A model generated the notes under the pieces. That model was not told where the DNA came from, made no database searches, and saw nothing but the letters and a program-made list of their open reading frames with translations. DNA of 56,906 nucleotides, filler included, from Catajapyx aquilonaris (Eukaryota): assembly GCA_000934665.2 (NCBI GenBank). It is 2 parts of 2 records of this genome, joined end to end, with 100 filler letters (N's around TTAATTAATTAA, not from the genome) between each part and the next. Parts side by side here need not be neighbours in the genome. Positions count along the whole stretch, not along the records: positions 28,662 to 56,906 come from KZ539254.1; 1 more part is not named here. One strand, given 5' to 3'. A program made the translations under genes and the position numbers. Shown in pieces: positions 36,201 through 49,894 of this stretch (position 1 is the stretch's first letter; the number at the start of each line of letters is the position of its first letter).

Positions 36201-39200
36201 GTGCATCGCCAATGAAGACTTGCAGAACTCTCTCAAAAGGATTTGTTATATGCACTTGCAGGCCTCTTCTCCAAGTAATATCAGTAGACGTCACCTGTTG
36301 TACATTGTGCTTTCAGCCACTGCACTCGAGAGTTTTGTGACCACCTAGGGTGACCACATTACATGTCAATTTATGTATTAATATATTGGGCTTAAGGGGA
36401 AAATAGGTTATGCTTGCTGAATATTGTTACATTGAGTGCTTTTTATTATTTCAGCCCTTCCATCTCAAGTGGAGGTGGAAGCAACAAAGGTGAGTGTACT
36501 ACCTACACAATGTTCATTCAGGGACATGAAAAATATTTTTGTTTGTTCATTCTAAGATGCCCTTATTGTCACTCTTTGATGAAACATTTCAGAAACAAAA
36601 GCAAAGGCCTCAAGTGGAGCGCCGACCGAGGTGAAGAACAGTCGGAACCTATGGATAGTGGGACTGTCAGCTAATGTACGTGCCAACGACTTGAAGAAAA
36701 CATTCTCGAAATATGGCAAGGTAGGAAGCAATCACTTAAGAATGTTGCTAGAGAATTGAATAAGCAACTTTCTCACCACATGTATATTTTTAGGTGATTG
36801 GAGCCAAAGTTGTGACAGCTGCCAGCTCACCAGGTTCCCGATGCTATGGATACGTGACCATGGGTAGCACTGAGGAAGCAGCCAAATGCGTCCAACGTAT
36901 GGATGGGACTGAGCTGGTTGGATGCCACATATCAGTCGCAATGGTAAATTGCGGCTCATGGCTGCTTGCTTGGTTTTCGTTTAAAATAGTTGAAAACCTA
37001 TAATAAAAATGCCCTAAAGAACTTGATGCATAAATAGACACTGCCATTTATAAAGTGGCTACAAAATGCGAACCACAAGAGTAATTGACATCAACCTGTG
37101 CTTTCGCTTATAATTACTAATTTTATGTGACTTATTTCCACAATGAGGTATATGGCAGTTATCTGCTGTACTATTGCTCAAATTATAGTAGAAAAAAGTG
37201 ATACATTATGATTGCGTGAGACTCCCCTCGCAAATATGAAGCGTAATTTTCCTGTGGTGGGTTACTGCTGCTGCTGCTGCTGCTACTACTACTTGGTGAT
37301 TAATTATTATTAATTATTGCAATAACAGGTAAAGGACGACTCGTTTTTGATTGAGAAGTCAAAAAGTAATAAAACCGCTCCGGTCCATGGAACAAATAAG
37401 AAGGAAAGGCAGGAAAAAGCTGCTCAAGAGGATGCAAAGGTGACTTCGAGAAAGGAAATAGCAGGAAGCAAGCATGATGAGAAGGCAGTGAAGACTGCGG
37501 TTGAAGAGAAGCACCAAGCGAACAAGAAGCAGCAGGAGAAAGAGGAGGATGGGGCAGAGCGCAAAATGAGAAAAAAACAAAGCTCAAAAGAGAGCCACGT
37601 GCAAGTCAACCGAGATGCAAAGCGCAGGTCTCGCTCCTCTCGCATATCATACCAGGTAAGCTAGAGTGACGATCATTTGAGAAACAGCGCATTTCTGATC
37701 ATGCAGCATTTGCAGGAAAAGACAAGCCGCTCAAGACCGGATTGGAAATATGAGCAAGAAAGGAAGAGGAAGGCGATGTGGAGGAACTTGTGTATAAAGA
37801 GAAGAGAAGAGTTTCTGCAATTACGGAGGTCGGTGTTGTTTGATTAGTCTCGGGCACCAAACTTTCCTAAGTATAAGCAGGGTACACTCTGAGATACGAG
37901 CCACACTGTGATCTCAGATTGATTGGATGCCTGTAATTGAATATTATAATTATTATACAGCATGGTAAATTCTATCTTGCAAAATGAAGCGAGACTACTA
38001 CCTGGAGATCAATTTTTATTATTGAACCTGTACAGTCTACATTGAAACCTGTACGCTACTGATTAATGTTGCTTTGTGCCTCAAAAGTTTTCAGATTAAA
38101 CAGGTTTCCGTTAGAAATTTTAGTTTGAGTCACATTTTTGAGCCAGTACATTAGCCTTACTCTGACTTCGACTTACCGAGTATTCAGCTGCATTCTTGCA
38201 ATGCATGAAGTACAGAATATGTAGCATTAATGTTTTATTGAGATATGAGCAAGTTATTGTGGCCATACGGGCATGTTTTTGAGTCTGTAAGTTTTTGTTG
38301 GATTATTTTGGATCTAAAATCGCATTCTCAAATTATACCGACCAGCATGGTCGGATAGAAAGGCACGATAACAAATGTGAGTGGTATAATGTATGTGTAC
38401 TGACTAAGTAGCATTGGTGACATTGTTCCTATCAAAAATGTAGAGAGGCTATGAGGATAGAGAGAGAGCGAAACAAGATTGCCCGAGAGAAGGCAGAATA
38501 TGAACGATGGCAGCAGAAGATTGAGAGGGAGAAGCTGGCTCGTGAGAAGGAAGTGCTGCGGAAGTGGAGGGAGCAGCTCAGGTTAGAACTTTTTTCTTCT
38601 CATTTATGTCCTTCCCAGTGCCTGTTTGAAAGCAGGTTTATTATACCTGTGTCTCGGCTGTGTCTGTTAGAATGCAGAGACAGTATCACATACGGCGTTA
38701 ATTCATTATTTGTTTAGCTATGCCACAGTTGCACTGTATTTAAAACTGTGCACAAATGCCAACTATTGCTAAATATTGTTGCAAACCATATTTATAACGA
38801 GGAGAAAAGATGTCTGCAATTTTTGTACCGTAAGTAGTACAATCTACCCCAAAAGTCTTCCAGTGTTCAACTTGAAGATTAGAGTTGATTTAGTCTGGGT
38901 TGCACAATTGATAGTAGAAAAATGCGGCTAATTCTCCTTGATTAATGGGTACCAGGTGACGGATAACATCTGATGGATTTCAGTCAATGATCTAACTTCA
39001 GTTGTGCATGCAACTCTGTAAAATTCAAATTTCGTTTCAGAATGGGGACGAATTACAGGGATAAGAAAGAGCCGTTTAACAACAGGTACGAGCCCTATCA
39101 TGTCCGGAAGGGCCACCCAACAGAAAGGACAACGACGCGCCCATTGTATTCGCATGGTCGTGGGAGGTATGTTGCATTTATTCATTGGGATAAGTCACCA

Positions 39201-40300
39201 TGATATGAAAAATGAGATGTGCAAGTTTAAAATGCAAGTGAACAACATTAACTTCCGCCTGTTTGTTCGCCTGTGTTTTAAGCGGCAATAGCAGTTAAGT
39301 TAACTGTCTTGTAGCGTACACTACGAGGAACAACGAAGCGACGCCAAGCCCCTGCGGCACGACTGGACTCGTAACGTGAACTACAGGAAGCCCATGCTGC
39401 GCCCAGACAGCAGCCGCTCTAGGCAGTCACTTGAGAGGTCTTCTCACCATAAGGACAACAATCTGTAAGTATCTTACTCTAAGCCACTTGCATCGTGCCA
39501 TTTTTTCGCCATTCTGCAGGGCTGGGTAGTGGCAGCCTAATAGTAAATCCATAACAAGTAGTTGACCCTGGCTGTTAATTGTTGGTAGCAATATTCTGAA
39601 AATTGAGAAAGATGGACTATACAACCCAGCAAAAAGTGGTAGCCAGTGAAGTTCTGAGGCAAATAACACCTAAATTTTCACAGAACTGTCCACATCAGGC
39701 CTGACCAAGGGCAAGAAAGATACGGCGGCCACTCCGGAAACTCATGGGAGTCACGGCCGCGTCACCAGGCAGACCACAGCCAGAGTTCCGGCCGCAATGA
39801 TTACAGAGCAGGACCGTCACAGGGTGCATCAGTGCACCATGACGCCAACAAGTTCGGTCCATCCAGCCACATCCTAGACAGGGAAAGGAACAGGTAGGGA
39901 AGTAAATGGGCATTTTGGGCTGAGCCTATGGAGAGTTCCAGGCATGAGTAGCACAGGAAAATATTCCTCTCCAAAGAGACGTATTTGTACCACATTAAAA
40001 GCCAGCTATACAACAGAAATCACTAACATTTCATCGTAATATTCCATATCGTAAAAATGTCCTATGCTTTCCAGGGCCTGGGCAACAACTTCAGCCTCGA
40101 CTGCAGATTCCCACTCCAGGAATCACGTCACCTTCCAGCCGAACAGCCACGCCAGTCCCTCGTATGTTACACCGAAGAGGGTTGTGTCAAACACATCTTT
40201 CCCCATGAGTGGCATGAGCACCTCATTTGTTGTGCCCAATCACTACAATGCATACAAGCATTCCACCAGCACTCCATGGCAAGGTCAACATAGAAAATAA
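33237..40300 (+). CDS. SAFB: SAFB/SLTM-like RRM protein; exons 33237-33386, 33557-33646, 34640-34673, 35645-35999, 36455-36489, 36593-36720, 36794-36943, 37329-37655, 37716-37828, 38444-38581, 39041-39166, 39315-39464, 39699-39893, 40075-40300
   Basis: RRM reading [59 protein letters not shown] matches the SAFB family; an acidic N-terminus and an R/E-rich region ([15 protein letters not shown]...[10 protein letters not shown]) are present; phases are consistent. No SAP domain seen. Confidence 0.8.
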
Positions 40301-40731
40301 GACTTGGCGTCCCGCAACCTGGGACCCCATACGCTTCCTGCAGTGAAGTCACTAGCATTTGAAAGTTTTGAAAGAAAGTATTTAATTTATTGTCAATGTA
40401 TTACAACTCGGTTTATTTGCACTAGCATTGACCTGTACCTATGTGATTGTTGTGCAGTTTTTCTAAATAAATGTCAGTTCTTGCACAGCTATTTAAATAA
40501 AATGTTGTGTTTCCTTCTCTGAAGCAAGGAGTTCCAGCGATGATCAGGTATGAAAGATGGAGAGTGGCTTCTAACATATGAGTGCAAGCTCTAGGTACTA
40601 GCTACTGCGTCCCCTTAACATAAATCTGCTACTCTGAGATATGAGAATAGCAACATACTTATCACCAACACGAATATCGGTATAGTTTACACACTTACTC
40701 TGGTCTTTGGAAACGACCATATTCATTTCGA

Positions 40732-43700
40732 TTAAAAAGGGAACTGCCTGATGTCAATATCTTTGTACAGAAGAAATGGAGCCAGAAGATGGGGAATCTC
40801 CAACCCCTCAACTACATCCTTCATCATCTGTCCAGGGATCAGAGCCTTTGACAGCTGATTGCGAATTGTTGTCCTGCACATATGTAGAAGGGATGGCACA
40901 GGATCTGAAAAGTTCCAAGGAGGCAGTTTTTGAAACAATACATTTCTAATACTGAAATGCAGCCAATTAAAAGGCATTGCCTGTTGCCAATTAGTACAAT
41001 CAAATGAAAATCTTACCCATCCCACTGTATATGTGGTCCCAGTCACGCTCAACACCAGTCACAGCTTTCACTGCATTCTGAAACTGAGTCACTTTCACCC
41101 TTTCGGTTGAAGGAATCCCCAGCGTGGTGCAAACCAGAGCCACGGCTTCCATTCGCTGTGCAAACAGTGCTGAGGAGGATGCATTAAGACGATTCCCATT
41201 CCTCGACAGCTGCGTTAGAAAGCAGGTCCACTTTTCCAGTAGAGCAACTGGTGCATTCCTGCTGAACCTCAACAGTAAGGCAAGCACAGGGGCGTTGTTC
41301 ATGGAGGCACACACTAGCATATCCGAAAACCCAATGGAATTCTGACGGCTGGTGTAGTCAGGGTCGAATCCCTGAGATTCCAAAAATGAAAATATTTGCA
41401 CCCACATCTTCAGTGTGATGCACATATTGCTGGTCATGTGACAGATGGGCAGGGTAGGCGCAGCATCCGAGTTTGGAGGCGGGTTCACTTTCATTCCTGT
41501 AGAGAAAGAGTGGCCATATTTTATTTCCATAAAAAAGTTTTTGACAATGATATGGCCTTCAGCCAGTCTTTTATTGGCTGTACGTCAGTGCTTTCAGTGG
41601 GTCGCTTCCCTTTTGATCAAGTAATACGATGCCTGCACCCTCTAGCCAAACATGCCAATCTGTGTTATTGCATGTCCCATAATTTACCAGAATAAATATG
41701 GTTCTTTATTGCCTGCACCTACTGTAATAAAATTAGTATGCCCAGTGGATGCATTACTCCCCCCACCAGTAGTAAGAGAATAACTTCTCAGCTGCAACCC
41801 AAATTGTGATCGAGTCTTTTAGGTCAATCCAAAAGATTGGCCTTTGAATGAAATTATTTCGACCATCCCTCATCAAAAAGCAAGAGGTCAGGAGGTTGCG
41901 TTTGCTGTCCCACCCCAACTTGTCATCTCAGAAACATAAAATGGCACATAAATGAGGATTAACATGCATTCGTACAACTGGCTACAAATAGTTGCATAAA
42001 TACCTTGATCTGCCAACTTTGTCAAAATTGGCAACACCTGGTAGCATTGGAATCCCAACAGAAGGGTCAAAGGTAAGCAGCATTCATAGTTGGCCAACTT
42101 TGGTTCAGTATTGACAAGCAGGGACACAAACGGAGTTCCATCCATTCTTCCAATCCAGCCTACCTCGGTTCTTATGCAAATATCCGGTACTCCGCCAATG
42201 ATGCTATGAGTCCATGAACATAAGGGTGCAAAAGGGAATCCTTTCTCCAGGAGAAGTAGGATAAATTGAAAGTTATTGCTGAAAGTATATTTGAAAAAAA
42301 AATTTACTGATCCAGTCAACTATATGTGGTTCAAAAGTATTGCCGTCACTTTGAGGAACTTTTGGGTAGCACCTTGTAAATCCTTACCTGTACTTGCATG
42401 CAAAAGAAAAGATGTCAATCACTCCATCTCTCCTCTCGCTGTAATTCCTCAGGATGCGAAGATCCATTTTTTTCACAAGCACTTCCACAGCTCTAGAATG
42501 AAATTTAATAATAATTCCTGTACACATATATCACATTTGACAAGAGATCCACCTGTAGTTGCGCAACCTTAGAGCATGGTGGAGAGGCAAGCATTGATCA
42601 TCATCCATCTTCTCATTACAATCAGCTCCAAATTCCAGCAAAACATCAAAAACTTCCTGCCGCTTAAAAATTAATGACATCATGAGAGGAGTCAGCCCAA
42701 CCTCATCCCTGGAAGAGAAGGAAAGATGTCGTGAAAGGTGCTCATTGCAAAACCTATAGGACATTTTTGCGGTAATGAACCGCCAACCGTCGGAGTTTTC
42801 TAACTTCCATTATGAATTGCCACTCCCGAAAAAGTACAAATTTTGTGCCTATTTGAGGATATTTCGTGCCTATTTCGCTGTTTGTGGGTTTTTTAATGCC
42901 TAAAAATCTAGACTTTAGCCATCGCACTACAACAGCTGCTTTCCCAATGCTACAATTACACTTTACACGGAACAACAAATGTTTCATACTACACCAGATT
43001 AAGATGAAATTTTCCTCATACACTTACTGGCAATCAATATCCACGCCTTTCTGCTCCAACACCAATTTCACTGCTGATGCATGGCCTTCCTTTACAGCGA
43101 AGTGAAGCAAAGTATGTACTTCCTTTCCAAATGGTGACCTATTTATAATCATCACACCACACTGAAAAGGAGAAACGCAAATGTTATCAGAATAAACAAT
43201 TAGTTGTCAACTGTTTTAAAATGTTAACCCTTACGTCCTTGTGATCACAGGCTGGATCAAAGCACCAATTGTAATTGCTTGGTCCTTTTACTGAGACATA
43301 CTTTGCATTCCAGTCTGTTCCTGCCTCCAACAGTAAGGCTTCCAGGTCATTTTCCATGAATTTATTGAATCGTTTTAAAGCTGGAATCATAATGAACAAG
43401 TCACACATATCATGACGAGACACACACACACAGTTAATATTTTCCATATTCAGTAGCTGTCTGCCAGTTCAATAGCTCTGCACTACACTCTGCAGGACCA
43501 CCATCAGAGCATTCATTGCATGAAAATGACTTATTCCATTGCACATTCGGCGCACACTTACCAAAATGCACAGCTGTACGTCCAAAACGGTCTGACTGCA
43601 TTGCATTGGCACCATGGTCAAGCAGAATTTTGCAAATTTTAGCCGAACCCTTAGATGCAGCTATCTGTAAAGGTGTTCGTCCACCTTCAATCACACGGCT

Positions 43701-45712
43701 ATGAACATTCCCAGCACCTGCAAGGTGAAAAATTCAACAAAGACTAAACAGTTACTTCACATAAATGGGACAGGATCACACATTTCTCAGAAGTTATTTG
43801 AACCATTATCTCACAGCAAAACGTGTAGGGGACATGGCGCTTCCAGTTAAGGTGAAACCCCCATTTTCATCCCATTTTGACTAAAATACAACATTTAGGC
43901 CGGCTTACACCTGCTCCCGGAAAATTTGTCTGGCATAAGAGCCCGATTAATTTGTTATTCGTTGTTGTCAACAATTCCGTCAACAATGAATAACAAACTA
44001 TCCTGGCTATTCTTCGGCCAGACAAATTTTCCGGGAGCCGGTGCAACCCAGCCTTAGCAGATGTCATGAAAATGACACAAATGGGGTGACGTTGGCCAGC
44101 CGAACTGAACTTAGCCACCATCCCAAAAGTGTCGTTAATGATTTTTATTTTTATTTTTACTTACCCCATTGGGGAAAGTAAAATAAAAAATAAAAAGCAA
44201 TAATAATCGTTAATGACATTTTGGGAATGGTGGCCAACTTCACCCCATTTGACGGTACTTCCATTACGCATTCAGCACAGACTTACCAATATAAAAAGGT
44301 ATAGGTCCACAGCCATGTGGCTGATTTGCATTGGCACCATCGTCAAGCAAAATTTTGACAATTTCAGCTGAACCTTTAAGTGCAGCTTCCTGTAAAGGTG
44401 TTCGTTCCCCATGAAACTTATGATAATCAACATCCCTAGCACCTGCAAGGTGAAAAATTCAACAGTTACTAAATAGTTATTTCACATAAATGGGACAGGA
44501 TCACAAATTTCACAGATGTTATTTGAGCCCTTTTCTAAGAGCAAAACATGTAGGGGGCATGGCGCTTCCAGTTAAGGCGAAACCCTCATTTTCATCCCAT
44601 TTTGCTGCATAATTGCCTAAAATCCAACATTTAGGCCGGGTTGCACCAGCTCCTGGAAAATTTGTCTGGCATAATAAGAGCCCGGTTAGCTTGTTATTCG
44701 TTGTTGTCAACAATTCCGTCAACAATGAATAACAAACTATCCTGGCTATTCTTCGGCCAGACAAATTTTGCGGGAGCCGGTGCAAACCGGCCTTAGCAAC
44801 TCTCTTTAATAATCATACACATTACACATTGCAGATGTCATGAAAATGACTACCGTCAAATGGGGTGACGTTGGCCAGCCGAGGTGAACTTGGCCAGCCT
44901 TCCAAATATGTCGTTAATGATTTTGATTTTTACTTTTATTTTTACTTACCTCATTGGGGTAAGTAAAATAAAAAACAATAATAAGCATTACTGACATTTC
45001 AGAAAGGGCGGCCCCCCCGCCCAGGCCAACTTCACCCCATTTGACGGTACTTCCATTACACATTCAGCACACACTTACCTTCATCAAAAGGTATAGGTCC
45101 ACAGCCGTGTGGCTGATCTACATTGGCACCATGGTCAAGCAAAATTTTGACAATTTCAGCTGAACCATTAGATGCAGCTATCTGTAAAGGTGTTGGTCCA
45201 TTTTCAATCATACGAAAATTAACATTCACGCCACCTGCAATTAAGGTGAAAAATTCAACAGAGACTCAATATGGTTATTTCACATAAATGGGACAGGATC
45301 ACAAATTTCACAGTAAGTTATTTGAACCCTTTTCTCACAGCAAAACATGTAGCGGACATGGTGCTTCAGATTAATGGGGCCGGATACCTACTCGATTTTT
45401 GCGACTCGCAGGCCAAGTTTGGCAGAGTCATGGGTTTTCTTTTCCTTGGTTTTTTTTTTCCTTGGGGTCCAAAAAGACCCCACTGCACGGTTCCAGGGTT
45501 AATGGCTAATGTTTGCATCCTTAAAACCTCCTGATAAGAATAACCTAGTGACATAGCCCTCTAATGACACTAAATGATGATACTGTATTAATAATTTAAA
45601 AAAAAAAAATACCTATGAGGAGTTTGGAAACATCTGCAGCGTCCTTGTTTTCAATTGCCTTTATCAGGTCACATCTGAAGTCACCTTTCCTTTTCTCCAC
45701 ATCTCTGTCCAT
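40732..45712 (-). CDS. Ankyrin-repeat and SOCS-box protein, paralogue 1 (~678 aa); exons 45712-45613, 45234-45079, 44442-44287, 43717-43562, 43380-43235, 43161-43028, 42708-42553, 42492-42388, 42278-42004, 41496-41017, 40904-40732
   Basis: Ankyrin motifs (GRTPLQIAASKGSAKICKILLDHGAN, HTLLHFAVKEGH, GLTPLMMS, LPLHHAL) and a C-terminal SOCS box (VPSLLHMCRTTIR...LEIPHLLAPFLLY); all splice phases consistent. Confidence 0.88.
44078..44256. mobile_element. TA-flanked MITE (Tc1/mariner/pogo-type), copy 1, left terminus eroded
   Basis: caaatggggtgacgttggcc ... ggccaacttcaccccatttgacggta with a palindromic core (ttacttaccccattggggaaagtaaaa). Confidence 0.7.
44853..45046. mobile_element. TA-flanked MITE (Tc1/mariner/pogo-type), copy 2
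   Basis: ta|ccgtcaaatggggtgacgttggcc ... ggccaacttcaccccatttgacgg|ta; same element as at 44078-44256. Confidence 0.75.
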
Positions 45713-46111
45713 TATTTCTGACTGCAGCCCAGGATGAGACGTACCCTTACCCGACGGAGATGGCTAGGGCTGAGGAGACACGGACAGACACGGATCTGTC
45801 ACACACGCGGCCTGATCTGAACCAAAATGTTTCCTTTCCTTTTTTCCCCCCATCCGTCAAGGTTGACAGGTTGAAATCTGTCACCCTCACAATCCGACCA
45901 ATCAGTACCGCCCAGCCAATTGGGTAATTAGTTATTAATAATTTATAGTAATTAAAATTGCACATATTTGAGCCCGCCTTCTTATTTTAAAAATAATTAC
46001 CGTAGATATAGTGCGATTTTGCGCCGTTTTATCGCATGTTGGAGACCGCGAATTACGAATGGCTGGGCCACCGTTTCTCATGCTGATTCTGGTACTTTCG
46101 AAGATCCATTA

Positions 46112-46376
46112 AATTAAATTAAATTAATACCCCGTTATCAGCCAGCGGCTCTTTTAGGGGGGAAATTTTTGTTTTGACTGGAACTTTTTGCTTTCCTTTT
46201 TGGGATAGGATAGGGACGGAAGGAAGCGGCTGTGGCCTGTTTTTACGGAAACGACCCCGGAATTATCCTGGGAGGACCGTGGAATACCACCGTCAGGGTC
46301 GCCGGCCCCGGGATTCGAACCCAGGACCTCCCGATTAGCAGGCGGACTTCATATCCATTACACCAACCTGCTTCGG
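46112..46376 (-). mobile_element. Full-length tRNA-derived SINE
   Basis: Minus strand: A box (TGGTGTAATGG), B box (GGTTCGAATCC), body and (AATTT)n tail; 16-bp TSD tttc(g/a)aagatccatta at 46096-46111 and 46377-46392. Confidence 0.88.
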
Positions 46377-47225
46377 TTTCAAAGATCCATTATATTGTGT
46401 AGTATATTTGGGGTGATGACTCTACTAGAAGTGGTATCGGTTTAGCAATATCAGCTCTACTTTTCGGAGATAATATATGCTGTTTGGTGCATGTATAGAT
46501 CGAGTTGGTCCTACTGGTACAACAGATGCGAATAGGTTAGCAGCAGTTTGTATCTTGCCGGCAAGATAGAAACAATGATAGCAATATGCACAAATGCGTT
46601 TACTCACCTCACGTATCACAGATGTGGAAGTGCAATAAGCAACGCATTAAAAAAACTTCTCCAGGATTAACAGGAGAATACACATTCTCATCCACTAGGA
46701 CACAAAATATACAGTATTCACTTTGTAACGCAAAGAATTACACTCAACAAAAATAGCAAAAATGCACATATACTATCAAAAGATTCAAAATGCTGGCTGG
46801 CAAACCTGAAATGTTAAGTATACTCCATATTTTAGCCATTGTAATCGAAAGAGGAAGTGGATGAATATAATGCAATGCTACACATGTCTGCATTATTTCA
46901 CATTTTTAATGCAAAGTGATTGTCATTAAAATTTCATATGAAAATTTGCAACCTTTCTCTGCACGGACACAGTATTTGCACAATTTGTCCTTCTAAAAGT
47001 ATGCATCAGCAGAGTAGCCCAAAAGAGGTCAAGTAGAGGATTAGTATACAGCGTACGGTTTGGTTGCATGGCCACCTGAAAAATTAAAAGAACTGATGTG
47101 CTGTTGCAGCAGTTCAAGGACAATGTCTCGGCCTTCATTTTAACACCAAGTGCAACATTATTCTCCTCCATACAAAAAGTAATGTAAAATATCCTACACC
47201 TGCCAGGGCAAGTGCAACAACTTAA

Positions 47226-48331
47226 GGTAGTTCTTGCGCTAGGAAACGGAGGGAAGGGGGTGGGGTGTTGAGCCTATGTTTATACATGGGACGAGCTGGC
47301 CAATACCAACTTCTGCGATTGTAAGACATTTCTGCTAGTATTTCTCTGAAACAGAGTTTTGAGTACGTGTTTCGCGTCGGATACGTTACGTGAACATTTA
47401 TTTGGGGGATAATAATTCCCTCGTGCACTTTTGTCCCGGAGAAGAGCAGAAATATGGCTGTTCCAAATACCGGAAAAAGTGCCGGAAATCCGGCAACGTG
47501 GCATACGTTGGTATCCCTTATAAACAAAGTATCGATGTTTCGATGTATCGATATTTCCCCCCAGAGATATATCGAGTTCTCGACCCCGATTATTACATCG
47601 ATATTTAATAAAATTACAGTGATTTGAGCTTATCAGACATCGATATTTTATAAGTAAACCATCGATATATCGATATCAATACATCGATAGTCCCATCTCC
47701 CCCGCCCCATTCGAACGTGCCTCGTTTGCTGGTAACTTAGGTAACTGTCTAGTCGATCAATAACTTGAGACCAGAGACCAATCTCCCATACACAATCATA
47801 CACAATCATACAGTACCGGACCGGCGTTTCATTCAGAAACTCCACGGACAACACTTGCACTTCCCTTGTCAATTACATGCCATTCTGAAACCTGCCTATA
47901 GGCGGCTCGGGATTTTCAAATCCCGAGCGAAGGCCGCCATGACGACCGTCGCTTACAGCGTTGCCACTTCGACGCCAACTGTAGGGTCCGCTCCTCACAA
48001 AGTGACGATTTGCGGGGGAATGACCATGGTGACCACTATGAAAATCGCCACTAAATTAATCTCCCGACTTTCCCCCACATGAATATGGTTTTTGGTTAAC
48101 ATCTGAATGTTATTAAAGAAGCTAGGGACACTTTTCTCGAGGCCCGCAGACCGGCTCCCATAAGGCTCCATGCATAAGGGACCGCCAGAAGCTCAACTTT
48201 GAAAATTAATATCTCGCAAACGAGATAGACGAACCTCTTAAAACTTCACAGGCGCATGTGCGACATGCCCAGGAACGGATGGTGTGATTTTCACGAAATT
48301 GTCAATGAATGGACTTAGCGCAAGAACTACC
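47226..48331. mobile_element. Kolobok-type non-autonomous DNA transposon (1.1 kb) with a nested ATCGAT-rich fragment (~47525-47700)
   Basis: TTAA|GGTAGTTCTTGCGCTA ... TAGCGCAAGAACTACC|TTAA: a TTAA TSD with RR..YY termini is characteristic of Kolobok. No transposase ORF seen. Confidence 0.8.
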
Positions 48332-48344
48332 TTAAGAGAAGCTG

Positions 48345-48706
48345 GCAGATAGGTCCGAACCACGCAGATTTCGGCTTACGTTGTACTATGAAGATATGGA
48401 CAAGATATTTTCAGCATATTCTTTTGGGATGGTTCCCAAGACTGTTATTCCGCATATTTTCACGCATTTCATAAATTAAATACGCCTAACAGTTGGTCGG
48501 AGTACTCCAATTTATAGTTTTTATAGCCCTTTTTTGGAAATTAATTCCGGGACATCTAGACAAGTAAAATTGTTCCAGACACATTCATAACGTTTTCCCA
48601 GATCTGGTCAGTGTAGCTGTTATTATTTGTAAAATATCTTGTCAGTATCTTCGGAGTACGCATAAGCCAAAATCTGTGTGGTTCAGGCCTATCTGGTAAC
48701 AAAGGG
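48345..48706. mobile_element. piggyBac-like MITE remnant
   Basis: cagataggtccgaaccacgcagatttcggctta is inverted relative to taagccaaaatctgtgtggttcaggcctatctg; the right end reads ...aaagggg|ttaa; the left terminus is not evident. Confidence 0.55.
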
Positions 48707-49176
48707 GTTAAAGGGCAGATATGCATGGAGGGCATTACTAGGACTTGTAAAATCCATCAAATCTTGCTTGTATGATGGGATTCTTATGCACCTAGCACAT
48801 CTATCAGGAATCATTGTACAGTACTCTTCACTGTTGATTGGCTTACATATTTAAAAATAATAATGAACCCTGATTCCTCTATATTCACGGTAGCCATGTC
48901 TGAATGACCTTGCCAGAAAGCTCCTTTTGGCCTAGGCATTGCAATATGCCACATACTCTTGGGAATTTTTGAGGATCTAGCTTACTGAAGCTTCTCATAC
49001 ACAGAAAAAGATACGGCTGCATTTGCATTCAATAATGAAAGCAGGTCACAATGATGATGTGCAGTTATAGGTCATGATAAATGAAAGAAAAATATATAAT
49101 TAACAATACATTTGCATGAGGCTCAACATGCACCTTAACATTATGCCTTTGTACTCAATCTCACCATTTTCAGGTA

Positions 49177-49338
49177 CAGTACTGGCCAATAATCGAGGCA
49201 ACGACTAGCGACATTTTCCCGAAGCGGCAGAAGAAGGAATCGAAGATAAGCATGCTAGAAGCCGGGCGAGCAAGATTCCTTCTTCTGCCGCTTCGGGAAA
49301 ATGTCTCTAGTCGTTGCCTCGATTATTGGCCAGTACTG
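49177..49338. mobile_element. Tc1/mariner-type palindromic MITE
   Basis: TA|CAGT...ACTG|TA; 65-bp arms with one mismatch and a ~32-nt spacer. Confidence 0.88.
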
Positions 49339-49894
49339 TACATTATCTTTGACAAAAAAATAACTCTTATGCACAGGTGTTCCTACTGAAAATTCTACAT
49401 ACAAAAAAAAAGCTATTATTTGGCACTATGTTCCATATTGTTACAGATTTCCTTTTGCTTGGATTTAGTAGCTATTGAACACATTTTAATTGCACATATC
49501 CATCCCTTATGAGAAATATTGGTTCTGTCATTGACACCTGATGCCACTTGTTCCAGTGGGTCAATCCCAGCTACAAATTATTTCAAATTAAAATATCGAA
49601 TGCATGAGTTAACACAAATCTACATCAGAAGGTAAACCTATTGATGTTCACTAAAAGTAACTGCAAAAGTAAATTATTAAACTCAAGTAGACTGGTGCCA
49701 AAAAAATCAGAAACAAAGGCAAACACTTCAATTGGAACCCCCATTATTTCTAACCATGAACATTATTGCCAGAGCCACTTCCCGCCATATTAATTTAACA
49801 GTTTAATGACGTAGACAATACCAAAAAAATGAGATTTTACAATCTCTTCCTGAATGTGACAGAATTAACAAAAATAAATTAATAAACCTTCAGC

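Noticed and set aside
43434..43491. Apparent frameshift or stop in ASB paralogue 1
   Set aside because: The acceptor at 43381 (ttccag|CT TTA AAA) is homologous to the one in paralogue 2 and keeps the frame, so this segment is intronic.
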